A stretch of DNA of 64,000 nt from Acidimicrobiales bacterium (GTDB taxonomy: Bacteria > Actinomycetota > Acidimicrobiia > Acidimicrobiales > RAAP-2). The stretch's first letter is position 1, and every line of letters starts with the position of its first letter. Location: the NCBI GenBank assembly GCA_049517675.1, contig JBEKRV010000015.1, forward strand, positions 4,148-68,147, read 5' to 3'. The position numbers and the translations under genes were made by a program. The notes beneath the pieces are model-generated. The model was not told the DNA's origin. It searched no databases and worked only from the letters and a program-made list of their open reading frames with translations. Positions 40,122 to 49,454 of this stretch are shown here, piece by piece.

Positions 40122-42494
40122 ATGACCGCGCGCCGCAACGGCTGGACCGTGGTCGCCGGACTGCTCTTCGTGGTCGGCGTCACCGGCTCGCTCTTCGGGG
40201 CCCGGGCCATCGTGTCGAACCAGAGCCAGAAGTCCCGTCAGCAGCTGGCGACCTCGGCCACGCAGATCACGGAGTCCCTGCGGGAGACCCTGGTCCACGA
40301 GCAGGACCTGACCATCACCGCGGCCGCGTTCGTGGGGGGCGACCCGTCCATGTCGCAATCGGCCTTCGCCCGGTGGATGGACCAGGTCCAGGCCTTCGCC
40401 CGCTACCCCGAAGTGCTGAGCATCGGTGAACTGGCAATGGTCACGGCGTCGCAGCTCCCGGTATTCGAGGCCGCAGAGGACCGGTTGGCGATCGCGTCCG
40501 GTTCGGCGACGCCCTATGCGGTCTCGCCACCCGGCCGGCGGCCCTACTACTGCCTCCCCACCGTGTCCGTGCACCGGAACGGCGTCATCCCTCCGCCGTC
40601 CGGAGTCGACTACTGCACCACTCCGGTGGGGGCGGCGCTCCGCGAGGCCCGCGACTCCGGACAGAGTGCGTACCTGCCATTCAAGATCGGGAACGCCGAA
40701 CTGCTGGTCGTCGGATCCGCCGTGTACCAGGGCGGCTCGTCCCCGACCACCGTCGCCGGCCGGCGGGCGCGAGTGGTCGGCTGGCTCGGCACGGAGATCC
40801 AGCCCGGGACCTTCCTCGACTCCGCACTCGTCGGTCACCGGGACACGATGCTGAGGTTGAGTTTCCGGGGAAGCTCGCAGAAGGTGACGTTCCAGACCGG
40901 ATCCGCCCCCGTGGGTGCCGCCTCGGTTCTCGTCCGCCTGCCGGACTCGTGGCAGGTCCAGATCCTCGGTCCGGTCGTCGGGTCCGGGCTGCTCTCGAAC
41001 GGGACCGCGCTCCCGTTCCTCATCGCCGGGTCGGTCTTCTTCCTCCTGCTCGCGATCCTCGTGTACGCGCTGAGCACGGGCCGCTACCGCGCCATGCGAC
41101 TGGTCGAGGACCGCACCCGCGACCTCCGGTACCAGGCATTCCACGATTCGTTGACCGGTCTGGCGAACCGGGCGCTGATCCTCCGGAGCACCCGTCAATT
41201 GGTGACGCAGCACCAGGAAGAGGGTGTCCCCTTCTCCGTGCTCTTCCTCGATCTCGACGACTTCAAGGACATCAACGACACCCTCGGTCACGCTGCCGGG
41301 GACGAGCTGTTGATCGCCGTGGGCAGGCGGTTGGAGTCCGTCCTCCGCGATGGCGATTCCGTCGGACGCCTGGGCGGAGACGAATTCGTCGTCCTGGCCA
41401 GCGGGGCGTCACTGGCCGCGGGGAGCCAAGGGGTGGCGGACCGCATCAGCGACGCGTTCAACGAACCTTTCGTCATCCCGCACGCGGGCATCGACCTGTC
41501 GACCACCGTGAGCATCGGCGTGGTCACGGGCGATCGATCGGATCCGGAGCTGCTGCTGCACGACGCGGATATCGCCCTGTACCGGGCCAAGGCGCAGGGG
41601 AAGAACCGTGCCGTGCTGTTCGACCGGTCCATGCAGGAGGAGGTCGACGATCGTCGGAAGCTCGACCTCGATCTGCACGAGGCCCTGGCCCGTGGACAGT
41701 TCTTCCTGGCCTACCAGCCGGTGGTGAGCCTGGCGTCGGACACGGTCAAGGGCTTCGAGGCGCTCGTCCGGTGGCGCCACCCGGAACGGGGCGTCGTGAT
41801 GCCGAGCGAGTTCATCCCGACCCTGGAGTCGAGCGGCCTGATCGGCTCGGTCGGGACATGGGTGCTCGACGAGGCGTGTCGCCAGGGAGCGGAGTGGCAG
41901 CGGCAGGGACGGCGGTTCACGATCTCGGTGAACGTGGCGGCAGCACAGCTCGACAACGACGGCATCGTCGACGACGTGTGCAACGCGCTCGAGGCGAGCG
42001 GCCTCGATCCCGGGTTGCTCGTGGTGGAGCCGACCGAGACCACACTCATGAACGACATCCGGGCGATCAGCGGTCGTCTCCAGCGGATCCGGGCGCTCGG
42101 GGCCAAGGTGGCGATCGACGACTTCGGGACCGGCTACTCCTCGATGTCGTATCTCCAGGACCTGCCCATCGACTGCCTGAAGCTCGACCGGTCCTTCATC
42201 TCCCGGCTCCCCGCTGCCGGGAGATCCCCGTCGCTCGTGCGGGCGATGATCCAGATCGCCCAGGCGCTCGATCTCGATGTCGTCGCCGAAGGGGTCGAGA
42301 ACGACGACCAGAGGCGTTGGCTGGCCGACGAGGGGGCGGATTTCGCCCAGGGGTTCCTCTTCTCCCAACCGCTTGTCGGGGACGAGCTCGACCGGTTCGT
42401 CGAGGGCACGACGCACGTCGACGCGGAGTTCACCGGACAAGGGTTCGCCCAGGTCGCGGCGTCGGGTTCCGGGATCTCGACCGACACCTGGTAG
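40122..42494 (+). CDS. CHASE sensor - GGDEF - EAL signalling protein (c-di-GMP turnover)
   Basis: ATG at 40122 after GGGAGG, giving 790 aa. Layout: TM helix, a CHASE-like periplasmic domain, a second TM helix, then RLGGDEFVVL (GGDEF) and FEALVRW...DDFGTGYSS (EAL). Confidence 0.9.
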   Translation: MTARRNGWTVVAGLLFVVGVTGSLFGARAIVSNQSQKSRQQLATSATQITESLRETLVHEQDLTITAAAFVGGDPSMSQSAFARWMDQVQAFARYPEVLSIGELAMVTASQLPVFEAAEDRLAIASGSATPYAVSPPGRRPYYCLPTVSVHRNGVIPPPSGVDYCTTPVGAALREARDSGQSAYLPFKIGNAELLVVGSAVYQGGSSPTTVAGRRARVVGWLGTEIQPGTFLDSALVGHRDTMLRLSFRGSSQKVTFQTGSAPVGAASVLVRLPDSWQVQILGPVVGSGLLSNGTALPFLIAGSVFFLLLAILVYALSTGRYRAMRLVEDRTRDLRYQAFHDSLTGLANRALILRSTRQLVTQHQEEGVPFSVLFLDLDDFKDINDTLGHAAGDELLIAVGRRLESVLRDGDSVGRLGGDEFVVLASGASLAAGSQGVADRISDAFNEPFVIPHAGIDLSTTVSIGVVTGDRSDPELLLHDADIALYRAKAQGKNRAVLFDRSMQEEVDDRRKLDLDLHEALARGQFFLAYQPVVSLASDTVKGFEALVRWRHPERGVVMPSEFIPTLESSGLIGSVGTWVLDEACRQGAEWQRQGRRFTISVNVAAAQLDNDGIVDDVCNALEASGLDPGLLVVEPTETTLMNDIRAISGRLQRIRALGAKVAIDDFGTGYSSMSYLQDLPIDCLKLDRSFISRLPAAGRSPSLVRAMIQIAQALDLDVVAEGVENDDQRRWLADEGADFAQGFLFSQPLVGDELDRFVEGTTHVDAEFTGQGFAQVAASGSGISTDTW

Positions 42495-42555
42495 CCGATC
42501 CGACCGGCCGGACCGGTGGCCGTCCGATGCGCACCGGGCGGTACCGGGGTCGTGG

Positions 42556-44154
42556 CTACTTCATCTCCACCATGTCGAGGTAGTCGTCACGCCAGTGGGT
42601 GAAGACCTCGTCGGGGAGCTTGAGGGCATGGGTCGGCTCCATCGCCTCGACGAAGGCACGGTCGTGGCTGACGACGATGATGGTGCCGGGCCAGTTGGCG
42701 AGCATGGTCCCGACCGCCTCGATCGACGAAGGATCGAGGTTGTTGGTCGGCTCGTCGAGCAGAAGCACGTTGGCCTGCCCCGCGGCCAGCATGGCCAGAC
42801 CGAGCTTGGCCCGTTCCCCACCCGACAGGGTCTTGGGCATCTGGTAGGCGACGTCGCCGACCAGGCCGAACGAACCGAGCAGTGCCCGACGCTCCGTCTC
42901 CTTGGTCAGGATCCGGTCGTCGATGTTGTCGAGGACGCTGACCCCGAGGTCGACCTGCTCGTGCTCCTGGGCGAAGTAGCCGAGGGCGACGTTCGGGCCC
43001 GGTTCGACCGTCCCGTCGGTCGGCTCCTGCACCCCGGCCAGACAGCGCAGGAGGCTGGACTTGCCGGCACCGTTCTTGCCGATGACCACCACCCGGTCCC
43101 CCCGGCGGCAGTGGAAGTCGACATCGGTGAGCACGGTGTTGGTGTCGTAGCGGACGCACAGGTGGGTGACCCGCAACGGCACCTCACCGGAGCGGGCCGG
43201 GGTCGGGAGCTTGAACGAACTCTTCCTCTCCCGCTTGTGCACCTCGGTCTTTCCCGACTCGAGACGCTCGACCCGCTTGTCGAGTGACTTGGCGATCCTG
43301 GCCCTTCGGTTGGTACTGCCCCGCATCGAGTCGGCGAGCTTCGACAGCCGGTCGATCTCCCGGCCCTCCAGCTGGGCCGACCGCTCGCGTTGGGACTGGT
43401 CCGCCTCGAGCTGCACCAGGTACGAGGAGTAGGTGCCCTTGAACTCGGTGAGGCGGGCGTCGGACAGATGGAGCACCTTGTTGATCGACCGGTCGAGCAG
43501 CTTGAGATCGTGGGACACCACCAGGATGGCGCCGGGGAAGGTCTCGAGCTCGTCCATGAGCCACTTCTTGGCCGGGCGGTCCAGGTGGTTGGTGGGTTCG
43601 TCGAGGATCATGGTGTCCGGGCCCTGGAAGAGGATCCGGATCAGGTCGACCCGGCGCCGCTGCCCCCCGGACAGGCTCTCGATGTCCTCGAAGAGGAGCT
43701 CCTGGCGGAGGCCGAGCCCGTCGGCCAGGCGGGCCATCGTCGACTCCGCCTCGTAGCCGCCGTTCTCCCGGAACTGCTCCTCGAGGTCGGAGAAGAGGGC
43801 GATGTTCTCGGTCGACGGGTCCTTGGCCATCTGGGAGCGGGCCTTGCCCAGGGCGTCGTCGAGGATGTCGAGCCCCCTTCCGGACAGCACGTGGGAGAAG
43901 CCGTTGGGCTCGAGGCCCAGACCATGGGGTTCGGGTACCTGTGGGAGGTAGCCGTAGGTGCCCCGGATGGCGGCGCTCCCGGTGGACCGCACGTTGCGCC
44001 CCGGCTCCTGGATGACCACGGAGATGAAGGTGGACTTGCCGGTTCCGTTCCGTCCGACCAGTCCGACCTTCTCCCCGGCACCGACGACGAACGAGGCGTC
44101 ACGGAGCAGGGTGCGGTCACCGATCTCGATGGTGAGGGAGGATCCGACGATCAT
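42556..44154 (-). CDS. ABC-F family ATPase (translation-associated, no TM domain)
   Basis: ATG at 44154, giving 532 aa. It has two ABC cassettes (GRNGTGKST / LSGGQRRRV and GKNGAGKSS / LSGGERAKL) joined by a charged linker. Confidence 0.9.
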   Translation of the reverse strand: MIVGSSLTIEIGDRTLLRDASFVVGAGEKVGLVGRNGTGKSTFISVVIQEPGRNVRSTGSAAIRGTYGYLPQVPEPHGLGLEPNGFSHVLSGRGLDILDDALGKARSQMAKDPSTENIALFSDLEEQFRENGGYEAESTMARLADGLGLRQELLFEDIESLSGGQRRRVDLIRILFQGPDTMILDEPTNHLDRPAKKWLMDELETFPGAILVVSHDLKLLDRSINKVLHLSDARLTEFKGTYSSYLVQLEADQSQRERSAQLEGREIDRLSKLADSMRGSTNRRARIAKSLDKRVERLESGKTEVHKRERKSSFKLPTPARSGEVPLRVTHLCVRYDTNTVLTDVDFHCRRGDRVVVIGKNGAGKSSLLRCLAGVQEPTDGTVEPGPNVALGYFAQEHEQVDLGVSVLDNIDDRILTKETERRALLGSFGLVGDVAYQMPKTLSGGERAKLGLAMLAAGQANVLLLDEPTNNLDPSSIEAVGTMLANWPGTIIVVSHDRAFVEAMEPTHALKLPDEVFTHWRDDYLDMVEMK

Positions 44155-44275
44155 GGGAGGGGGGAGGGGCGACCGTTCGGGACCGGGGGATCCCCGGCAC
44201 CGCGCCGGATGGCCCCGGCGGGGTCGACCGTCCCAGTCTCCCACACCTCCGTCGCCCGCCTGTCGGCGGCGACGG

Positions 44276-45436
44276 TCATCCTCCCGACACCAGCAGGTCG
44301 CCCCCGGCGGGAGGGGTGGGGTCGTCGACCGTGTCGAGCCAACGGTCGGGCAGGTGCACCGGCCGGGGGCCGTTCGTGTGGCCCCGGGCCATGCGGAGCG
44401 ACTCGGGGGGGAACGCGGCGTCCGGGTCGAGGCCGTCGAGCAGGGCCACCACTTCGGGCACCGACGACGCCGTGGCCAGCGACCTGCGCACCCGGGGACC
44501 CACCGGGAACCCGGTCAGGTACCAACCCGAGTGCTTGCGGAATTGACGCACACCGAGGTTCTCTCCGAACAGACCGCAGAGCAGGTCGAGGTGGACGAGC
44601 ATCATCGAACAGATCTGGCCGAGCGTCGGCGGGTCGGGGACCGGTCGTCCCCGCAGCGCCGCGGCAAGGTCCCGGAAGAGCCACGGGCGTCCGAGGCAGC
44701 CCCGCCCCACCACCACCCCGTCGCACCCGGTGGAGGCCATCATGGCCAGGGCGTCCGACGCCTCCCAGAGGTCACCGTTGCCGAGGACCGGGATGGTGGC
44801 CACGGCCTGCTTCAACGAGGCGATGGCGCCCCAGTCGGCGCTGCCCGAGTAGAGCTGCTCGGCGGTGCGGGCGTGCAGGGTGACCGCGGCCACACCCTCG
44901 GACTCGGCGATCCGACCGGACTCGAGATAGGTGACGTGGTCGGCGTCGATCCCGATGCGCAGCTTCACCGTGACCGGCACCGTGCCGGCGCTGGTCACGG
45001 CAGCTCGGACGATGTCGCGGTACAGGGTCCGGTGTACCGGGAGGGCGGCCCCGGCCCCCTGCCGGGTGACCTTGCCCGCCGGGCACCCGAAGTTGAGGTC
45101 GATGTGGTCGACCCCGATCTCGTCGACCAGGCGCGCCACCGCCCTACCCATCACCGTGGGATCGACGCTCGACAGCTGCACGCTGCGCACCTTTTCGTCG
45201 TCGCCGAACGAGGCCATGCCCAGCGTCTTGGCATTCCCTTCGACCAGGGCCCGGGCCGTCACCATCTCGCTCACGTACAGGCCTGCCCCGTAGCTGCGGC
45301 ACAGGGTGCGGAACGCACTGTTGGTCACCCCGGCCATCGGTGCGAGGACGACCGGCAGATCGACGACGAGCTTGCCCAGCTCGAGCACGGCCGCCCCGGA
45401 GGGTGCCGGTTCCGAGGCACGGACGTCGACGGTCAC
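44276..45436 (-). CDS. dus: tRNA-dihydrouridine synthase
   Basis: The GTG at 45436 overlaps the maf stop (GTGA). Motifs: VVLAPMAGVTNSAFRTLC, DLNFGCP and VTVKLRIG. Confidence 0.9.
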   Translation of the reverse strand: MTVDVRASEPAPSGAAVLELGKLVVDLPVVLAPMAGVTNSAFRTLCRSYGAGLYVSEMVTARALVEGNAKTLGMASFGDDEKVRSVQLSSVDPTVMGRAVARLVDEIGVDHIDLNFGCPAGKVTRQGAGAALPVHRTLYRDIVRAAVTSAGTVPVTVKLRIGIDADHVTYLESGRIAESEGVAAVTLHARTAEQLYSGSADWGAIASLKQAVATIPVLGNGDLWEASDALAMMASTGCDGVVVGRGCLGRPWLFRDLAAALRGRPVPDPPTLGQICSMMLVHLDLLCGLFGENLGVRQFRKHSGWYLTGFPVGPRVRRSLATASSVPEVVALLDGLDPDAAFPPESLRMARGHTNGPRPVHLPDRWLDTVDDPTPPAGGDLLVSGG

Positions 45437-46038
45437 GGCCGGCGACCGTCCCACAGGTCGGTGATCACCACGCCGACGTCGGCCAGCAGCGAGCGGAGCG
45501 CGGGGAGGGACAAGCCGATCACGTTCCCGTGGTCACCGACGATCCCGTCGACGAACGGGGCCGACCTCCCGTCCAACGTGAACGCACCGGCGACGGCGAG
45601 GGCGTCCCCGGTGGCGAGGTAGGCGTCCAGTTCGTCGTCAGTGGTGACCCCGAACCGCACGGTGGTGCCGACCACGGCCTCCGACCTCGCCCCGGTGGCC
45701 TCGTCGATGAGGACGTGCCCGGTGAAGAGGGTGCCGGACCGCCCCCGCATCGCGGTGAGCCAGTTCCGGGCCTCGTCCACCGACGCCGGCTTTCCGTGGG
45801 GCCGTCCCTCGAACTCGAGCATCGAGTCGCAGCCGATGACCAGGTCGGCACCGTCCGGCCGGGCGACCGCTTCGGCCTTTCGAGCGGCCAGCCGCCTCAC
45901 CGACCCCCGAGTGTCGCCGGGGTCGACGTCGTCCTCGTCGATGCCGCTGACCACGACCCTCGGATCGATGCCGGCATCGCGCAGTAGCTTGAGGCGCGCG
46001 GGGGAGCCCGAGGCGAGAACCAGGGTGCGAGCCGACAT
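45433..46038 (-). CDS. maf: Maf-like nucleoside triphosphate pyrophosphatase
   Basis: 201 aa. Motifs: LVLASGSPARLKLL, VIGCDSML, and GKP...AGAFTLDG. Confidence 0.9.
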   Translation of the reverse strand: MSARTLVLASGSPARLKLLRDAGIDPRVVVSGIDEDDVDPGDTRGSVRRLAARKAEAVARPDGADLVIGCDSMLEFEGRPHGKPASVDEARNWLTAMRGRSGTLFTGHVLIDEATGARSEAVVGTTVRFGVTTDDELDAYLATGDALAVAGAFTLDGRSAPFVDGIVGDHGNVIGLSLPALRSLLADVGVVITDLWDGRRP

Positions 46039-46123
46039 GGGACAAGCCTAGGTGTCCGGTGGAGCGGCCGGAGCGGGACCACCGGGTCGTGCCGGGCCCC
46101 GGAGAATGCGCGATCCTGGGAGG

Positions 46124-46405
46124 ATGACCGACGCCGGCACCACCTTGGCCCCGACCCACGTCGACCCCCAGCTCGACGGCGACCACGAGCGGATGTCCCA
46201 CATCGTCCTCGAGGGGTTCAAGCCCGAGAAGGGCGACTTCATCTCGGCCGGGCCCTCGGTGGTGGAGGGGATGGTCAACGGGACCGCCGTGAAGGCGCTG
46301 TGCGGGAAGATCTGGGTTCCGGGCCGCAATCCCAAGCGCTACCCGGTGTGTCCCACGTGCAAGGAGATCGCCGAGTCCCGGGGCTGGAAGGTACCCGAGG
46401 GCTGA
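46124..46405 (+). CDS. DUF3039 domain protein
   Basis: About 93 aa. It contains DHERMSHIVLEG...ALCGKIWVPGRNPKRYPVCPTCKEI. The start could be ATG 46124 or 46106. Confidence 0.75.
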   Translation: MTDAGTTLAPTHVDPQLDGDHERMSHIVLEGFKPEKGDFISAGPSVVEGMVNGTAVKALCGKIWVPGRNPKRYPVCPTCKEIAESRGWKVPEG

Positions 46406-46451
46406 CGTCTGCAGCGGCGACCCGCGGATCCGGCGCGCAGGTCGGCATCGG

Positions 46452-46457
46452 TATCAT
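46452..46457 (+). promoter_or_regulatory. -10-like box TATCAT, 6 nt upstream of the ATG at 46464
   Basis: TAnnnT hexamer with no SD. Leaderless candidate. Confidence 0.3.
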
Positions 46458-46463
46458 CTCGCC

Positions 46464-46820
46464 ATGGCCGACCAGGATGGACCGAACGTCGACGCGCTGC
46501 AGGATCTGACCGATGCGAACCGTGTCGCCCGGGAGGTCATGGTCGAGGCCGAGGAGTTGCTGTCGCGGGGGATCGAGCAGATCAGGGCGGGCGTCAAGGT
46601 CACCGATGCCGTCCGCACCGAGCCCGTGAGCTCGCAACGGCTGTCGACCCGCGAGGCGATGGAGCGGGTGGACGTGGCCCGCAACGAGCTACGGCTGCTG
46701 GTCATCGCCGAATGCGTCAAGGAGGGGATGGTCCCGCGGGAGGTGGCCGAGCTGTGGGGCATGTCCCGTCAACGCGCTGACCAGTACGTCCAGCAGATCA
46801 GGCGGGCGTCGCGAACCTGA
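46464..46820 (+). CDS. Small helical protein with a C-terminal HTH-like segment
   Basis: 118 aa. GMVPREVAELWGMSRQRADQYVQQIRR resembles a sigma-70 region-4-type HTH. I recognise no family. Confidence 0.55.
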   Translation: MADQDGPNVDALQDLTDANRVAREVMVEAEELLSRGIEQIRAGVKVTDAVRTEPVSSQRLSTREAMERVDVARNELRLLVIAECVKEGMVPREVAELWGMSRQRADQYVQQIRRASRT

Positions 46821-46992
46821 CGACGCCGGACGCGCGACGGGCACGACCGCGGCCGCTCCGACCCCCGTACCGGACCGACCCGTCGGACGCGGCCCCCGGG
46901 GGTACGATGTGCCACCGTCGCTCGGCGTCCGGCCCGCATCAGGCCCTCCGGAATGACCCTGCCCCACGCGCGCCTGCGCTCCTGGAGTCATC

Positions 46993-47952
46993 ATGGGTCC
47001 CGCATCCCCCGCCACCGCCGTCCTGAGCGCCACCGATCCGTCCGACGACGGGAGCGGTCCTCCCCATGTGGTCCCCGTACCGCAGAAGGTGATCACCGCG
47101 ACCATCGTGGCGGGCCCTGCGATCGCCCTCGGCCTGGCCGTGTGGTGGCTCTGGGGCGGCGTGGTCGACGTCACGGACGTGGCCATCGCCCTGGTCCTGT
47201 ACGTGGTCACCGGCTTCGGGGTCACCGTCGGCTTCCACCGCCTCTTCACCCATCGGGGCTTCGCACCTCACCGGGCGCTCAAGATCACCCTCGCCGTCCT
47301 CGGATCGATGGCCGTCGAAGGATCGGTGACCAGCTGGGTGGCCACCCACCGCCGCCATCACATCTACAGCGACCACGCCGGCGACCCCCATTCCCCCTAC
47401 CGGTACGGCGACCGGGGGACCGCACTGCTGCGGGGGCTGGCCTTCTCCCACATGGGTTGGCTCTTCGTCTCGGACGCCTCGAGTGCGGAGCGCTACGCCC
47501 CCGACCTGTTGAAGGACCGTGACATGGTCCGGATCGGGCGGTTGTTTCCGGTGCTGGCGGTGGCATCACTGGCCATCCCCTTCGGTATCGGGTACGCCAT
47601 CTCCGGATCCTGGGTGGGTGCGCTGATGGCACTGGTGTGGGCCGGTCTCGTCCGCATGGCACTGCTCCACCACGTGACCTGGTCGATCAACTCGCTGTGC
47701 CACGTCTTCGGGAGCCGGACCCACACCACCCCCGACCGGAGCTCCAACCTGTGGCCCCTGGCCGTGATCTCCTTCGGCGAGAGCTGGCACAACATCCACC
47801 ACGCCCACCCGTCATGGGCCCGTCACGGCGCACGCCGGGGGATGGTGGACCCCTCCGCCTGGCTCATCGGACGATTCGAGCGGTGGGGTTGGGCGACCCG
47901 GGTGCGGTGGCCGGAGCTCGGGATCGACGGCGGATCGCCCCGGCCGACCTGA
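46993..47952 (+). CDS. Acyl-CoA (stearoyl-CoA-type) membrane fatty acid desaturase
   Basis: 319 aa with three His boxes: HRLFTH, HRRHH(IYSD), and HNIHH. Confidence 0.9.
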   Translation: MGPASPATAVLSATDPSDDGSGPPHVVPVPQKVITATIVAGPAIALGLAVWWLWGGVVDVTDVAIALVLYVVTGFGVTVGFHRLFTHRGFAPHRALKITLAVLGSMAVEGSVTSWVATHRRHHIYSDHAGDPHSPYRYGDRGTALLRGLAFSHMGWLFVSDASSAERYAPDLLKDRDMVRIGRLFPVLAVASLAIPFGIGYAISGSWVGALMALVWAGLVRMALLHHVTWSINSLCHVFGSRTHTTPDRSSNLWPLAVISFGESWHNIHHAHPSWARHGARRGMVDPSAWLIGRFERWGWATRVRWPELGIDGGSPRPT

Positions 47953-48001
47953 CGACCGGCCTTCTCTCCTCGCCGGCCTGTCGTCCCGGCCGGTCGAGGC
48001 T

Positions 48002-48418
48002 CTAGACCCCGGTGGCCCCGCCCGAGACGTGCTGGACCAGCCAGCCGTTGCCGTCGGGATCGCGGACCTCGAAGAAGGTGTTGTAGTCGCGACCCTCGGG
48101 GTCCGGCCCGTCGGTCGGTCGGCCTTCCACGAAGTGGACGAGGCCGCCCGGTCGGGCCCCTCGTTCGACCAGCTCGGCGCGGGCCCGGACGATGTCGGGG
48201 ACCACCAGGTGGAGACCCTGGGCACTGCCGGCCGACTCGGGTTCGAGCATGAGAGCCACCGAGCACGCCGAGCCGGGGGGCGTGACCTGGATCACCCTGA
48301 AGTCCGGTCCGCCCCGATGGTCGACGTGGAGGTCGAAGCCGAATCTGTCCAGGTAGAAGGTCTTGGCCCGGTCCTGGTCGGCGACGGGGACCACGACCAA
48401 TTCGAGTTTCCACTCCAT
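48002..48418 (-). CDS. VOC/glyoxalase family protein
   Basis: ATG at 48418 preceded by AAGGAAG, giving 138 aa. This is the tail of track ORF 48002-49378 and reads MEWKLELVVVPVADQDRAKTFY...FEVRDPDGNGWLV. Confidence 0.8.
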   Translation of the reverse strand: MEWKLELVVVPVADQDRAKTFYLDRFGFDLHVDHRGGPDFRVIQVTPPGSACSVALMLEPESAGSAQGLHLVVPDIVRARAELVERGARPGGLVHFVEGRPTDGPDPEGRDYNTFFEVRDPDGNGWLVQHVSGGATGV

Positions 48419-48441
48419 GTGCAGCTTCCTTTCCGGTCCGA

Positions 48442-49116
48442 TCAGGGGAGCGTCCGGATCCCCTTGACGACGAGATACACCGTGAACACCGCTTCGATGA
48501 CGACGCCGATGATGCGGGCATGGCCGTTCACCCAGTCGTGGGTGGCGTCGAGGGCCGGGTCGGCGCCGGACCCGGTGGCGGTCACGAGCACCACGGGGGC
48601 CAGGACGGGAAGCAGGACGATCACGTACATGACGGCGAAGACGACCGCCTTGGTGGCGTCGTCCGCGGTCGAGTGGGTGATCTCGTGGACGGCCGCCAGC
48701 ACCAGGACCAGTGTCGAGAAGTTCACGACCATCCCGACGGCTCCGACCCCGAGGAACCATCCTGTCGAGGCCGTGCCGAGCCGGTCGGCGATCGTGGAGG
48801 TGTGCCGCTCGCCCACGGTCGGTCGGCGCACCAGCGACCGTACGGCGAGCAGGCCGAGCAGGCCGCCGGAGACCAGGAGCACCGCGGCGTCCGTGGCCGA
48901 CTTGTGGGAGGCGTGGTGCGGCCGGATGCGTTCGAGCGCGGTGACGCACAGGACCGAGTAGACGCCCAGCACCAGGGCGGAACCCAGGGTCAGAGCCCAG
49001 GCGCGGGCCAGCCGGTGGGTGTGCCCGGTCAGGACCAGGAGCTGCAGGGCGAGCAACGTGGGGCTCACGGCCGCGCCGAGTGCCAGCGGCAGCACGGCGA
49101 TGAGCAGCGACCCCAT
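48442..49116 (-). CDS. GAP family (DUF2910-like) integral membrane protein
   Basis: 224 aa with six hydrophobic helices, starting MGSLLIAVLPLALGAAVSPTLL. The family name is from memory. Confidence 0.7.
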   Translation of the reverse strand: MGSLLIAVLPLALGAAVSPTLLALQLLVLTGHTHRLARAWALTLGSALVLGVYSVLCVTALERIRPHHASHKSATDAAVLLVSGGLLGLLAVRSLVRRPTVGERHTSTIADRLGTASTGWFLGVGAVGMVVNFSTLVLVLAAVHEITHSTADDATKAVVFAVMYVIVLLPVLAPVVLVTATGSGADPALDATHDWVNGHARIIGVVIEAVFTVYLVVKGIRTLP

Positions 49117-49245
49117 CGACCCACGGTACCGCGGCGCCTTCCGTTCGACGATGACCCGGGTGGCGCCGTCCGGACGGACCCGGACAGCGCGGACCAGGAG
49201 GAAGGGGCACGTCCGGTCGGTGACGGCCGCACCGGACCGGCGGGG

Positions 49246-49443
49246 TCAGTGGCCGGCCACTTCCCCGTGGTCGCGGCACCGTGCCCGGTAGCCCCCGGGA
49301 GTGACCGTGACCGTCAGCCGGAGCCCGCAGTCGGGACAGAAACGCGGCGGGTCGAGGGTGCGGCCGCATCCGATGCACGACTCCGAGCCGCAGCCGGTGC
49401 AGTGGGTCCCCGACCCGGTGGTGACACGGCCGGCGGCGTCCAC
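49246..49443 (-). CDS. bsaP: Small Cys-rich zinc-ribbon-like protein, candidate biotin synthase auxiliary protein
   Basis: 65 aa from a GTG 11 nt after the bioB stop: VDAAGRVTTGSGTHCTGCGSESCIGCGRTLDPPRFCPDCGLRLTVTVTPGGYRARCRDHGEVAGH. It has three CxxC pairs, and GC3 is high. Confidence 0.55.
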   Translation of the reverse strand: MDAAGRVTTGSGTHCTGCGSESCIGCGRTLDPPRFCPDCGLRLTVTVTPGGYRARCRDHGEVAGH

Positions 49444-49454
49444 GACCGTGCCGC

